A stretch of 64,000 nt of DNA from Octopus vulgaris (GCA_951406725.2 OX597816.1:87978001-88042000), one strand, 5' to 3'; numbered from the stretch's first letter, positions 1 through 13,544 are shown. The notes: generated by a model not told the origin, from the letters alone. Numbers and translations: made by a program.

Positions 1-462
1 TTCACCCCTACTCTCTCTCTCTCTCTCATTTTTTTTCACTCGTTTATATTTTATGATATTGTTTTTAGCCTCTAATACTCTCTCTTTCTGTCTGTATACA
101 CACACACGCATTTATTTGGCTGTTTCATTCGATCTCTTAGCCTGTCTCTCTCTTTCTAATCCCACTGCTCGTTTACGCTATCTCTAACATAAAATGTACA
201 AATTTTGCCTTTCTTTTCTTCCTCTTTCCCTTATTCTTACTTCAAATTAGGTTTCTCTTTTAATTTTTTCTCTTTGCCCCATCTTTTCCCTTTGTATACA
301 CCTGTCTCACTTCCTCTCTCTCTACCCTTCATTTTATTGTCTTCTCTAACATACAGATTCTGCCTCTTTCCGCATTTCTCTCTTTCTCCCATTTCTTCTC
401 AGAATTTGTCATTTATTTTCATCTCTCTGTCTCACACTCTTTTTCAATCCTTTCTTCCTCCT

Positions 463-512
<50 letters not shown>

Positions 513-620
513 TATATACACATCTTTTCTTTAGAACATACTTTTTTCCACATCTCTTTCTCTTTCATGTACCATCTCCACGTTTTTCTGTATGTATATA
601 TTTTTTTTCTACATATCCGT

Positions 621-866
621 ATACATACGTACATACATACATACATACATACATACATACATACATACATACATACATACATACATACATACATTACATA
701 CATACATACATACATACATTACATACGTACATGCACACACATACATACATATATACATACATACATGCATATACACATACATACATACATACATACATAC
801 ATACATACATACATACATACATACATGCATATATACATACATACATACATACATATATACATACAT
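621..866. repeat. (TACA)n microsatellite, compound
   Basis: Direct tandem TACA units; source of the YIHT/MYVC ORFs. Confidence 0.95.
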
Positions 867-889
867 ATGTATGCATATACAACTGCTAG

Positions 890-1105
890 GATAACTATGG
901 ACAACTGCTTTTATATCCAGATTATAAATTCACATTTATACCAATAATAATTAATGCACTTGTCTTTGTGAGTAAATGCCTAAGCGACAAAGTGGACAAG
1001 CTAGGGTTTCCAGAAAAAAAAATCAGCCATCTAACTCACACATTAGAAATGCAATCTGTAAGTGGAACAGTAAAAATATGCAAGCCTTTTCTCAAGTTTA
1101 AAATG
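890..1105 (+). mobile_element. 3' fragment of an RLE-type (R4/Dong-like) non-LTR retrotransposon ORF
   Basis: Translates DNYGQLLLYPDYKFTFIPIIINALVFVSKCLSDKVDKLGF...SVSGTVKICKPFLKF, matching the IPIIxGALG...LG...GT C-terminus of restriction-like-endonuclease LINEs. Confidence 0.6.
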
Positions 1106-1402
1106 TTATATTGTTTTCGTTATTTACATTCCAAACACGTGGTATGTATTTCGCTGTTTGATTACTGCTATGATCTTATCAAAAAAAAGAAAAAAAGGTT
1201 GTTTCTTTGCATTTACTTGACGATGGTCATGTCTTTTACCAGGCTTGCATTAATGGCAAACGTTATAGGGAGCAATATTCATTATCTAAGAGAATAAATA
1301 TGTCAACATGTTTGTATTCGACGCCATGTATGTATGTATGTATGTATGTATGTATGTATGTATGTATGTATGTATGTACACACACACACACACGTATATA
1401 TA

Positions 1403-1447
<45 letters not shown>

Positions 1448-1450
1448 CCA

Positions 1451-1981
1451 AAACACTAAAGTTATATATAAGATGTTACTATCGTTAATATCATATGTGG
1501 ATAAAATTTAAAGTTGATGGTATCATCAGTAGTAACATAGGTGGTTCGCAGGCAAATTGCATTATTAAGCTATAATATACAAATTAGAACGAGGGGTAGG
1601 AATGCAGAAAAGCATCAACCAACTAGAAATAAGAGCTAAAGTCTTAAAGCACCAAGTTAACGGAGAAATAACAGTAGGGGAGGAAACAGAGAGAATTAAT
1701 ATATTCAAAGGCACACATATGAAAGACTATGCTATTTAGGATATCTATATAGCCTAGTTTCGGCTTTTGGAAATTTAGTCCTTCAGATTCTACAGTGTAA
1801 ACTACTTGGTAAAAATTCAACCCTGTCACGTTATGTATCCGTTAACATACTGGTCTTGTTTTGCGCCAAAAACACAGTATATGGTGCAAAAATATTTATG
1901 AACAAAACATTCAAACACTAAAGTTTGAAATAAGATGTTACTACTATTAATATTATCTGTGGATAAAATTTAAAATTGATG
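1451..1981 (-). repeat. Partial tandem unit (69-bp direct repeats at 1451-1519 and 1913-1981, period 462) with a degenerate hammerhead-like motif at 1752-1786
   Basis: aaacactaaagtt...ggataaaatttaaaRttgatg occurs twice; minus strand reads CTGAAG GACT-n11-AGCC GAAA CTAGGC. Confidence 0.5.
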
Positions 1982-2605
1982 CTATATATATATATATGCA
2001 TCCGTAGTTTGATAATAGAAATGAAGTCCTCAATATGAACGTAGAGTACAGCAGTTTATCTAGGCAGGTTCTTACTGCTTACTTATGTGTGTATGTTTGT
2101 ATGTGCATGTGTGTGTAGAGTGTATGCATACGTACACAAATAATTTTTCTCAGAAAGGTTTATGATGTCAGCTCACACACACACACGCACACACACACGC
2201 GCGCGCGCACACACACGCGCGCGCACACACACACGTATAACGTTTATTGGAAATCGTTTTTTAGAATTTCCTCCGATGGAGATAACGAGAACTCGAAGGT
2301 TGCCATGCACCAAAATTCAATTACCAATAAATTATATACTTCTCTAATTTTAGTATTTTCGCTAATGTATAAACAGCCATAAAGTCAGGATGATATCGTA
2401 TCTGACACGCCTAGAAATAGTAGTTAAATTTTCCTTCAAACCCTATCCAACTGTCTTGAAAAGTGGTTACGTCGGAGAACTTGGTCTTGGGTACCACATT
2501 ATAGTCGAAAAATAAATGAATAATGACAACTGAAATATCTTTGCTTCGTTTTTGAATTTGGTTTGCAAGATTCTTTGTATGAGTTCGTGTATTGAAGCAT
2601 ATTTT

Positions 2606-2757
2606 GTTGTGTCTGGGGAGAGTCATTTTCTTTTTGTGCCTTATAATTTAACACATTCACCGGTAAAATTTCCAGTGGAATAAATAAGTGGAAATTTTAC
2701 CGGTGAGTGTGTTAAATTATAAGGCACAAAAAGAAAATGACTCTCCCCAGACACAAC
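2606..2757. repeat. 69-bp near-perfect inverted repeat with 14-nt loop
   Basis: 2606-2674 is the reverse complement of 2689-2757 with one mismatch. Confidence 0.95.
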
Positions 2758-2763
2758 TACGAG

Positions 2764-3030
2764 ATATTGGACTCGTACACTGTTTGGACTGTTTCCAAAT
2801 GAATTTTTATCTATTTTTCAGCTAAAACAGTCTCCAGTTCTTGTAGTGATGATGGTGGTGGATATCGACTCCTTACTTGTTTTTCTAAAATGCACCATAA
2901 ATGTTCAATAATATTGAAATCTGGGGACTGTGGTGGCCAGATAAGATGTTCTTCGTACCATTCAGTAACAACTTTAGCTGTGTGAATTGGTGCATTATCG
3001 TCCTGAAAGATTGTGTTTCCCTCCGGAAAC
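2764..3030 (-). mobile_element. Tc1 transposase 3' fragment, same family as 9863-11148
   Basis: FPEGNTIFQDDNAPIHTAKVVTEWYEEHLIWPPQSPDFNIIEHLWCILEKQVRSRYPPP aligns with the 10053 ORF, with an 18-bp deletion. Confidence 0.9.
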
Positions 3031-3099
3031 GTGTGTGTGTGTGTGTGTATGTGTGTGTGTGTGTGTGTATGTGTGTGTGTATGCATATATATATATTTA

Positions 3100-3293
3100 T
3101 GTGTTTGTGTTTGCCTCCCCCATCGCTTGAAAAATTGTTGGTTTGATTACGTCCCCGTAACATAGAGTTCGACTAAGGTCACCGATAGAATGAATACCAG
3201 GCTTAAAAAAAGTTCTGGAATCGATTTCGTCGCTGAAACCCGGGGCCCATGCTGCCCACAGTGCAATGATTAAAATGAGTAAAGAATAAAAGA
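3100..3293 (+). mobile_element. SINE family B, 3' part (diverged)
   Basis: acgtccccgtaac...accgatagaatgaataccaggctt matches the copy at 54133-54484. Confidence 0.7.
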
Positions 3294-4673
3294 TAAACGA
3301 TGAATGATTGGTGCAGAACTTGGACAAAGCAACAGCAGCAACAGCTGTTCTCACGAGCCATCAAAACCCACTCCTCTACGATATGGGTACGGTTAGAACA
3401 CATTGGTCATTCGTCTGCTGGATTAAGACTGAACTGGTACAAAACAACCGAAGCGCTCACTACTTTTCGAAGAAATGCACAAAGTGAATTCAAGCATCTC
3501 TTTTTGGACAGATATAATTTCATGTCAAGAGGTTAAGTTACATATGTCCTTTGCGATATTTTCAATAGAGATTGTTTCAAATATCATTTATTTTATTCAT
3601 CTATTATAGTTATATATTCCTATCTACAGCTCTAATGATTACCTGTCACTTGAAGACCGCCATAACTGTCCATTCAAGTGAATGCTTATGCGTGATCTTC
3701 TTTCGTAAGAGTTGATGAGTCTGCATAAACAGACAAGTAAAACCGCAGGGCTGGCTGTGGCTAGTGAAGAAATAAAATATGTATTAAATAGGAGTAGCGA
3801 TATTACATTGGTTGAGAATATTTCTTTTAAAAAATGTATTTGAAGAGTGGCTTATAAAAATGAACCAGACGCCTGTTGATAGACGTAGAACTTGTGCTGA
3901 ATAACAGCTTTCTCTAGATATATGTGTAATAGTTTAGCGTTAAATTGATGTGTAAGAGCTCTTTCTTTTTTTTTTTCCATAATGATGACTTGATTAGATA
4001 GCCAGTAAGGTAGGTAGACTGACAGACAAACACACTGACAGATAGTTAAATATACAGATAGATAGAAAGATAGGTTGATAGATATAAGTAGACAGATAGT
4101 CGATAAAGACACGCATAAACACACATATATACATGTATAGACACACACACACACACACATACACACACATATATATATTGATGCATACATGTGTGTAAGT
4201 GTATACAGTTTTCTCTTTCCACACACGCATACATGTATATACGCAGACATATTTATAAATAAATGAATAATATATATACACACACACACATACATACATA
4301 CATACATACAAACAAACACACATATCTATCTACCTATTATCTGTATATACACGTGTGTGTATGTCTTGTATGTGTGTAAAGGATATCTAATTTACAAAAT
4401 GACGTCTTACTTTGTTAAATTGACAATAAATGAAGTGTAATGTAATATATTTTAGTGTATAAAATATTCGGTAAAAAGAGAGCATAGCAAGTAAATAGAA
4501 ACTTAAAACTTGAAAAAAGTTGAATAAATAGATTTCAAGACATCATTAGTGGGTAGCAGAATCGTTAGAGCGTCGCATAGAATTCTATATGGCATTCAAA
4601 ATTTTTTTACGATCTGAGCTCAAACTTCGTGAAGTTAAGTGACTTATAAAGCGCTTAATATACTTTGTAGTAT

Positions 4674-4906
4674 AAGGCGGCAAGCTAGCAATAACGTTAG
4701 CACACCGGGCAAAATGCTTAGCGGTAATTTCGTCTGCCACTACGTTCTGAGTTCAAATTTCGCCGAGGTCGACTTTGCTTTTCATCGTTTCGAGGTCGAT
4801 TAAATAATTACCTGTTACGCATTGGGGTCGATGTAATCAACTTAATCTCCTTGTCTGTCCTTGTTTGTTCTCTCTATGTTTAGCCACCTGTGGGCAATGA
4901 AGAAAT
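4674..4906 (+). mobile_element. tRNA-derived SINE family A, tail-1
   Basis: aaggcgg head with A box and gagttcaaatt B box, gctttTcatc...ggtcgat...ggggtcgat core (Nin/Deu-like by recall), tgtcc...tgtgggcaatgaagaaata tail. Confidence 0.9.
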
Positions 4907-5804
4907 AATATACTCTACTTTAAACATACACCCTTACACCATTACCTACTAATTATAATACAGAATTATATTTTTGTGGGTATGTGTTAAACCAGTGATC
5001 GATTAAATTTAATCACCCTCGAGTTCATAATACAAACAGCCGGAATAGATATCAATTTCGCCTTGGAATGATTGTTTATTTTATTGATCGTGATAGAAAG
5101 GGAGGTAAAGTTAACGTCGGTGGGTTTCGAACTCAGAATGCAGAAAGCCGGAACAAATACTCCTAGGTGTTTTTCCTACGCTCTAATGCATTTGCCAATC
5201 TATCTCATCGTTTGTCGTAACGAAGAGGAAACATATAACGTTTCGGGAAAAAGCTTTCGTCAAATCTCTCAAACTTACGGTTTACTTTTACATACATAAG
5301 CTCCTTCTGAAATAAAACATACAATCCAGTTTTGATTTACAATTGAGCAAAAGAAACTCAGAACTCCAAGATATGAGAGGTGGTTTGCGTCATTTAAAAT
5401 ATTTTAGCAAAGTTTTCAAATATGGCGTGAGGGTTAATGTCTTAGGAGAAAGAATACTGCTAGAATATTTATGGAAGAACCGATTGTAAATATTTCAAGA
5501 ATAGGTGAAGAAGAAATGATGTAAGAAGTGTAATGGTATGAAGATGTGACCATACGAAAGAGTACGAAAAGGTCAACGGCCCGAGATTCGAAGCTAAGTG
5601 AAGGTTTGTGTGTGGCTAATAGGACTGCGATGGATGTACTGAAACCCCAACTCCTCGTCTGCGATTGTATAATTTATTTTCCACTACATTGGCGTGTATA
5701 GATAAATGATGCCTCCAGGGAACACATAAAAGTATTACAGTCTCATCAAATATAACAAAATTCACTGAATGCAGTAGTCTGGTTTATTGATATAAGACAA
5801 CTCG

Positions 5805-5904
<100 letters not shown>

Positions 5905-6826
5905 ACACATATATATATATATATACAACTACGCCTACTACATATAATATAGAGCTGCATATTTTACAAAAGTTTTTTTTTTGTTTTTGTTATCAATAGT
6001 GACGAGCCAACTAGTAAATGTCATGGCTGAAACCCTCTCCAATCAGCGCTGTTATTCTTTCTTCCAATACTTTGCTTTGTCACTCCATTTTCTAATCTTC
6101 TATTAACATCTTATTTGCCCGAAGTCTCGCTTCGTTCCCAGACTCTTTATTGTTCTTATCTCGTTACTTCACTGCATATTTCTCAAACTTGCAATCACAA
6201 TGCTATCATAAACATTTGAATAATGTTCTGCCAACAAAAACTGCTAACCACATCAAAAAGGAATATGACTGTCACACAGCTTATGTAGTTCATCTCCCGT
6301 TCCAAATCTCCGAATTGAGAAAACAATTACTTAATTACGAGACGTATGTGGTTTATATATTTTAATGAGTTCATAAAAATGTCCTAAAAGAACTGTGTCA
6401 TTGTAAGCTCTTTTTCGTTTAGGTTTACAATATTACGTGGATTGCTAAAAGAAGGAACCACTCTGCAATAATTATTATAGTTTTCTGACGTTACGATGAT
6501 AATGATATTGAAGATGATAACTATTGCTGTAATGGGGTTCGTTTTGCTGTAGTTATTGTTGTTACTGCTTTTGTTGCTATGGTTGTTTAGCCCCGAGACA
6601 GTCCTGTTGAAGCAGACGTATCTTTAAAGGTGTTCCTACCTTGACAATTTCGTTTTTATTTTTTCCATGTATTATGTGTCCCACGTTACGTATTTTGCTA
6701 TATGTATCAATTTCTAGGACGGTAGGTAGAAAGATGTCATTTGCTGGAGATTAAGCTGGAATTTTTTTCTTGAAGGTCGAACGGCTACGTGGGCTCTTTG
6801 GTTGCCTTGGTATTATTTGGGGTTGA

Positions 6827-7044
6827 AAGGCGGTGAGCTAGCAGAAACGTTAGCGCCCCGGGCGAAATGCTTAGCGGTACGTTCTGAGTTCAAATTCCGC
6901 CCAGGTCGACTTTGCCTTTCATCCTTTCGGGGTCGATTAAATAAGTACCAGTTACGCACTGGGGTCGATATAATCGACTTAATCCGTTTGTCTGTCCTTA
7001 TTTGTCCTCTCTGTGTTTATCCCCTTGTGGGTAGTAAAGAAATA
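6827..7044 (+). mobile_element. SINE family A, tail-1, with 18-bp TSD
   Basis: Full consensus match; ggtattatttggggttga (6809-6826) vs ggtattgtttggggatga (7045-7062). Confidence 0.92.
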
Positions 7045-7550
7045 GGTATTGTTTGGGGATGATTGTGACGATAATGGAAGGAAGATGACGTGACAGCACT
7101 CAGAGCGATAATTGTAAATATGATGATGATGATGATGAAATAAATACGATGATGATGTTGATAATGATGATTAAGATGATGATGTCATTGATATTAATGG
7201 CGATGTTTACAGCCGTTGCCATCACAGATCATCATTATGATTTTCCTGATTATTTGTAAGATCATATTCGTTCTCTTAATCATAGTCATCGTTATGATTC
7301 TTAGTGTAATCTATGTTTTATCTGTTGCTGCCACTGACGTCGACATGAGAGTTATCTACAAATAATCGTACAACATTTAGTGTTCAACTGGCCATAAATA
7401 TCTCACCATTTGTTAATTTACACATTCTTCTTATCAACATAAATTTGTTTACTCACTCTCCCTATACCCAATCATGCATTCAGCTAAAATATATATCAAA
7501 ACGACAGCAATAATAATAATTCTTATATACATATTTATATATAGAGATGT

Positions 7551-7783
7551 AAGGCGGCGAGCTGGCAGAGACGTTAGCACGCCGGGTGAAGTGCTTCGCG
7601 TTATTTCGTCTGCCGCTACGTTCTGAGTTCAAATTCCACCGAGGTCAACTTTGCCTTTCATCCTTTCGGGGTCGATTAAATAAGTACCAGTTACGCACTG
7701 GGATCGATATAATCGACTTACTCCGTTTGTCTGTCCTTGTTTGTCCCTGTATGTTTAGCCCCTTGTGGGTAATAAAGAAACAC
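7551..7783 (+). mobile_element. SINE family A, tail-1, with 24-bp TSD
   Basis: Full match; TSD atacatattYatatatagagatgt at 7527-7550 and 7784-7807. Confidence 0.92.
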
Positions 7784-9481
7784 ATACATATTCATATATA
7801 GAGATGTGTCTATATGTGTGTGTGTATCTGTTTGAGGATATGTGTCTGTATGTGTGTGTGCGTGTGCATGTATGTGTTGTGTTTGTTTGTATATATAGTT
7901 ACAATGCACCGAATGATAAAAATTCGCCTCGATCCTGAGGTGTTCAATTTCACTTCGTAGAATCGCCGGCAAAACGTAAATTTCTATATCCTGATAACCC
8001 TTAATGACGAACCTAGTCATAACTAGGGTGTCCTTACCCTAACTATAAGCAGCCAATACTTTGAAGCTTATCAAAAGAACGTATCTTGGTTATTACAGTA
8101 GGGTAGATAGGCTCGGTAGGCTAGGTGACACACACATTATTTGCAGAGTATAAATCCCTGTTTACCTATAGTAAGTTTATTTCCCCTTACGCGAACAATC
8201 ACCGTGACAGTTAAGAATTACACCACACACCCATCCTCGATACGGTAGCTGTTACGCAACTTGAAATCACCGAACCTGTTAACTCCTCAAATGCCCATTG
8301 TCGTCGCTGAATTAACGAATCGTATAGAGCGCTGACTGCTTAATACCGATGCTCCACATGATCTGATCTACTATGTGGAGCATATAATGTAATGATCTGT
8401 CATCGATGTATAGCCAAAGTTTTTAGGTGATAAGAACTGAAGAGTGGAGGTCCAAATACTCTTAACTAAAAGTCATTCTAAAATTTCTGTTAAATTGTTT
8501 TCATTCGACACCGGATGTAATCGCAAATCGCGTGCTCGTCTTCAGGTGTACGGGGTCAAGAGTGAAGAGAATTTAAAATAAGTTGACGCAATGTGAAACT
8601 GGTCGACGTGTTTTATATATATACGTACATAAATACATAGTATATGTGTGTGTGTATGAATGTATTAATATGTACTTGTATATGTAATTAACAGTTCAAG
8701 AATGAAATGTAATTCGGCTGTTGACAAGAATCAAACCAGTCACCACTTGTTTACTGATCAGGATGGAAGAACTCACTGTTGCACAACAGGACTTTCACTG
8801 ATTAGATAAACATATTATAAATTACAATAATCCATTTATATGCGAAAAGCACACACACTGCAATTCCTTTCTTATTGACGTCAATTACATAATCGAATTT
8901 TTAGAAAAGATCCATACGAGAACAAAGTAACAAAGGCAACAGTAAAAACCACCAGCACTGATAACAACGAAGCTAAACAATAAAAACTCACATAATGTTA
9001 TGATATCTGAACTCGTAGTAAGCAAACAAACTTTCATTTCTGCTTTGATGAGGCATGAAATAGGATTTTTATTGTTATATCAATGAATACACGAGCGGAT
9101 AAGAATGCTGCTATTAAACAAGAACTAACCGGCACACAATTAAGCAAACCAATGTTATTGAAAAGGCGAACGATTGAGTTGCTGGACTACTTACTCACTC
9201 ATAGGTCGTGAGTTCAAGATCGCGACAAGAATGTCTTTCCATTTATGTGCTGGCTACATTGTATTATTTTTATATATAAAAATGACATTCATTCAAGCTA
9301 TCAAAAATAGGAACCGGGCTGTCTGGGAAAAGGTCAAGAGGGTTGTTCAGACGTAAGGTCGAGCAATTAAATCTATTTATTAGGGAGTGCGTGGGATAAA
9401 TAAATGTTTATAATTATATATGTGTGCGTGCAGACACACACACACACACATAAACACACACATACAGACAGACTCTCTCTT

Positions 9482-9592
<111 letters not shown>

Positions 9593-9862
9593 GTATGTGC
9601 GCCTGTAAGTATGTAAGTATGTGTGTGTGTGTGTGTGTGTGTCTGCATATATATATATATATATAAATCAGTGTGAAATAGCAAATTTCCTTGCAATCGT
9701 AGATATATTTAATCATAATCGTGAAACGTGAGTAATGGATACAAAAACTGTGTACACACACAGACGTATATAATAGCAAATCAGTTTACATGACAACAAA
9801 ATATATTTAGCCATATTCGTAAAGCATGTGTAATAAGTGTAAAAATTGTGCATATGTATGTA

Positions 9863-11148
9863 CAGGGGTTGGACAAAATGATGGAAGCACCTAGCATCAC
9901 AGCATCATAATTTTGAACTATCTATAAAACCATCAAATGCTTGTTAATTTTTATGTTATTTGATATATTATTCGCGTTGCTTAACATGTTTTTGCTAAAA
10001 TTGCTGTCTCTTTTCAGATATCATCAGAAAAAGGTAATTAAAATTCATTAAAATGACAGATCTATCGGACTTTCAAAGAGGTCAAATTGTTGGTGCTCGT
10101 ATGGCAGGCGCTAGCGTAAAGAAAACAGCCGAAATGTTTGGTGTATCAAGAGGTACTGTCTCGAAAGTAATGACAGCCTTTGAGAAAGAGGGAAAAACCT
10201 CCTCGTCGAAACAAAACTCCGGAAGAAAACCAAAACTTTCACATGGGGATCGTTGGACTCTTACGCGAATCGTTAGAAAGGATCACAAAAGAACAGCTCA
10301 CAAAATTACTGCAGAGCTTAATCACTACATCGAGAACCCAGTTTCCACAAAAACTGATCGCCGGGAGCTGCACAAAGCCGGATTTCACGGAAGGGCTGCA
10401 ACCAGAAGACCACTACTTTCAAAAACAAACGTTGCAAAGCGTTTAGAGTGGAGTAAAAACCTACAGGATTGGTCCCTAGAGCAGTGGAATAATGTTATTT
10501 TCTCGGACGAGTCATCCTTTACCTTAATTCCGACTACCAGTCGAGTATACGTGTGGAGACAGTCAAAAGATGCATTTGGCCCAGACTGCTTTCTTCTAAC
10601 TGTTAAACATGGCGGAGAATCTGTGATGATCTATGGTGGGTGGGTGGGGCGTATATCTAGGAAATCCGCCAGCCCAATGGTTTCCCTTCATGGCAGAATT
10701 AATAGTGAAAACTATTTAAGCATTTTGTCTGATCAAATTCCTCCTATGGCTGCGGAACTGTTTCCGGTGGCAAACGCAATCTTTCAGGACGATAGTGCAC
10801 CAATTCGCACAGCTAAAGTTATTACTGAATGGCACGAGGAACATTCTTGTAAAGTTGAACATCTTATCTGGCCACCATATTTCCCGGATCTCAATATTAT
10901 TGAACATTTATCGTGCATTTTAGTAAAACAAGTAAGTAGTCGATATCCTCCACAATCATTACTACAAGAATTAGAGACTGTTTTAGCTGAAGAATGGACA
11001 AAAATTCCTTTCGAAACAATTCAAACTTTGTACGAGCCAATAGCTAGTAGAATTCAAGCTGTAATTACTGCCCAAGGCGGTCCTACCCCACATTAAAATA
11101 AATTTGTTTGAAATTTTAAGGTGTTTCCATTATTTTGTCCAACCCCTG
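9863..11148 (+). mobile_element. Full-length Tc1-family DNA transposon (1286 bp)
   Basis: 30-bp TIRs caggggttggacaaaatRatggaaRcacct (2 mismatches); TA target duplication at 9861-9862 and 11149-11150; single transposase ORF. Confidence 0.97.
10053..11096 (+). CDS. Tc1-like transposase, 347 aa, DD36E triad
   Basis: HTH N-terminus, SGRKPKL, FSDESSF (D1), FQDDSAP (D2), PDLNIIE (E) with 36 residues between D2 and E; no stop codons. Confidence 0.93.
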   Translation: MTDLSDFQRGQIVGARMAGASVKKTAEMFGVSRGTVSKVMTAFEKEGKTSSSKQNSGRKPKLSHGDRWTLTRIVRKDHKRTAHKITAELNHYIENPVSTKTDRRELHKAGFHGRAATRRPLLSKTNVAKRLEWSKNLQDWSLEQWNNVIFSDESSFTLIPTTSRVYVWRQSKDAFGPDCFLLTVKHGGESVMIYGGWVGRISRKSASPMVSLHGRINSENYLSILSDQIPPMAAELFPVANAIFQDDSAPIRTAKVITEWHEEHSCKVEHLIWPPYFPDLNIIEHLSCILVKQVSSRYPPQSLLQELETVLAEEWTKIPFETIQTLYEPIASRIQAVITAQGGPTPH

Positions 11149-11233
<85 letters not shown>

Positions 11234-11272
11234 ATATAATATAATATATTGTTGTGTGTGTGTTTTGTGAAT

Positions 11273-11349
<77 letters not shown>

Positions 11350-11401
11350 ATTCATATGTATATAGGACTTATATCCATATATATATATATATATATATAC
11401 A

Positions 11402-11608
11402 GTTCACTCAGCTGGCAAAATGAGTAGTACCTGTATTTCAAATGGCCAGCCTTGTCAGACTCTGTGTCACACTGAATCTCTGTGAGAATTACGTTAAGGG
11501 TACATTTGTCTGTGGAGTGCTCAGCCACATGCATGTTAATTTCTGAAGAAGGCTGTTCTGTCGATCGGATCAACTGGAACCCAAGTTGTCGTAACCGAGA
11601 GAGTGCCA
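11402..11608 (+). mobile_element. SINE family C, 3' half
   Basis: acgttaagggtaca..tgtctgtggagtgctcagccac...cggatcaactggaacc matches 42133-42495. Confidence 0.8.
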
Positions 11609-11629
11609 TATAAGATTATATAAGATATA

Positions 11630-11846
11630 CGAAGGGGTACTGAAAAGCTCCTGGCTTTAAGGGTGTCGGGAAAGTCCTAATTGGAGGCCCAGCTTTCCGT
11701 CTTCTTTTATAGGGATTAGAAAAACTGAAGGACCGCTGCTTTAAGTGTTTGAATCTGAGACGGGAATATGTTGAATAAAATCATAATTAACTGTCCCTCC
11801 TGTATTTTCTTTTACCCAATGTCAGGAAGCTTTCAATACCCATTCA
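11630..11846 (+). mobile_element. Mariner-derived MITE
   Basis: Imperfect TIRs cgaaggggtactgaaaagctcctg / caggaagctttcaatacccattca between TA sites; internal GLEKLKDRCFKCLNLRREYVE* is a mariner C-terminus. Confidence 0.75.
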
Positions 11847-11964
11847 TATATGTCATACGTAACACTTCTTCCTTAAAGCATATTACAGAAGTATCCATCA
11901 AATAGTTAACAGGAAGTTATAAATAAATATATTCTTAAATAGATATAGGTGTTAAGATTTGAAG

Positions 11965-12200
11965 GTACGCAGCCCAGTGGTTAGAGTTGCATTCAATCGC
12001 AAGATCGTAATTTAATACTCCTGGACCAGTGTGCATTGTGTTCTTGAAAAAAAAAAGTTTATTTATGTTATTCCATGACACTCGGCGATAAAAGAGTAAT
12101 CCTGTGACAAACTAGTGTCCCGTTTAGGCGGCATGTTTTGATCTGGGTTAATTATAAGGCAAGAAAACTAGGTGCTTGGCTCTATGAGTCCTTGAACTTG
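11965..12200 (+). mobile_element. Old tRNA-derived SINE
   Basis: gcccagtggttagag A-box-like head followed by a decayed SINE-like body. Confidence 0.45.
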
Positions 12201-13376
12201 AGACAGCAAGTCCTTGAACTAGATCCAGGAGACTAGATCCAGGAGACTTACTTTTTTATGGAATGATATGACATTGAGTATTTTCTTCAAACTGAAGGTG
12301 TTACTTGCTTCATCAGCTAGTTTTAATGCCCGACACAGTGATGTTAACCAGTAATTCGCTCGTAGACACGGGTGACGGTTCAATTGCTAACGTTTGGAAC
12401 GAGATGTTAGTATGAGACGAATTGAACGAATAAGATGGTAATTCCTATCTTAAGATAATTAAATATTAAATCTAAGGACTCAAATTTGCAAGGGAACATG
12501 TGACGCAAAGGGATTAAATGGAATATACACTTCCCTGAGTCGAGCACAACATATATTAATTCATTTGACTGATTATTTCGGAAGCAAATAACTCAGAGAT
12601 TACAATATGTAAGCAAATTTAAAACTGCGAGAGTGGTCTATATATGACAAGGTATGGATCATAGTTAAGGAAAGATGAAAAATCAAATGCAATAATTATA
12701 AGTTTAAATACTTATTAGTGTTAAGGTATGACACACGCTTTACTTGTGTATGATATCATGAGCGGGCGCTTGAGCAACCTGAACATCAAAGATATAAGAG
12801 CTAAAAGGATTGAGGGGAAACAAATGGCTCTGTCATAGAAGTGTGTTCTTTATTTTATAGATTCAACTTTAATACAAGCTAGAGTATTTGCAGATAACCT
12901 CTGTAAACCAAATCGCTATCGGCCGCTTGTAGATGCGTCCCACAGCAGTGCAGTTCGACCAACAGGTACACACACACACACACACGCGCGCAAACATATG
13001 TGTGTGCTTATATATAAATATATATGTGTGTGTATACTTTTAGATATCAGTGTAAGTAAACATGAACGTACATATATCCATATATACAAATGTAATCCGC
13101 TTGATTACATCACTATATTAAACTGTAATGGATAAAGGATCCAATACAGATGTAAAATGAAAATATTTACTATCACTAGTGACTATTTACTTCGAAATTT
13201 CACCGATACTAGCTTCCTAGAACAGCGTTTGGTGAGATGAGATGTTCTCCAAATATATAATATGATTACGTATAGCGTAATGGTATTATCTAAATATACA
13301 CATAATTGAAGGGAAGAAAAGTTTTGTTACAGGATGTAAAAAATTCAGTTTTAAATTAACATTCATATAAGTGCAG

Positions 13377-13429
<53 letters not shown>

Positions 13430-13544
13430 CATTTATATATTATATTTGCATTATTGTATGAATGTGTGTGTATGTGTGTGTGTGTGTGTGTGAGAGTGAG
13501 AGTCTGAGTGTGTATGTGAGTGTGTAGATAGAAAGATAGATAGA

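Noticed and set aside
205-947. ORFs rich in YIHT/MYVC/LSLS, and similar ones throughout the window
   Set aside because: Translations of stop-free microsatellites, not genes.
3712-3750. ttgatga gtctg cataaa cagac hammerhead-like stem
   Set aside because: GAAA box and cleavage helix are absent.
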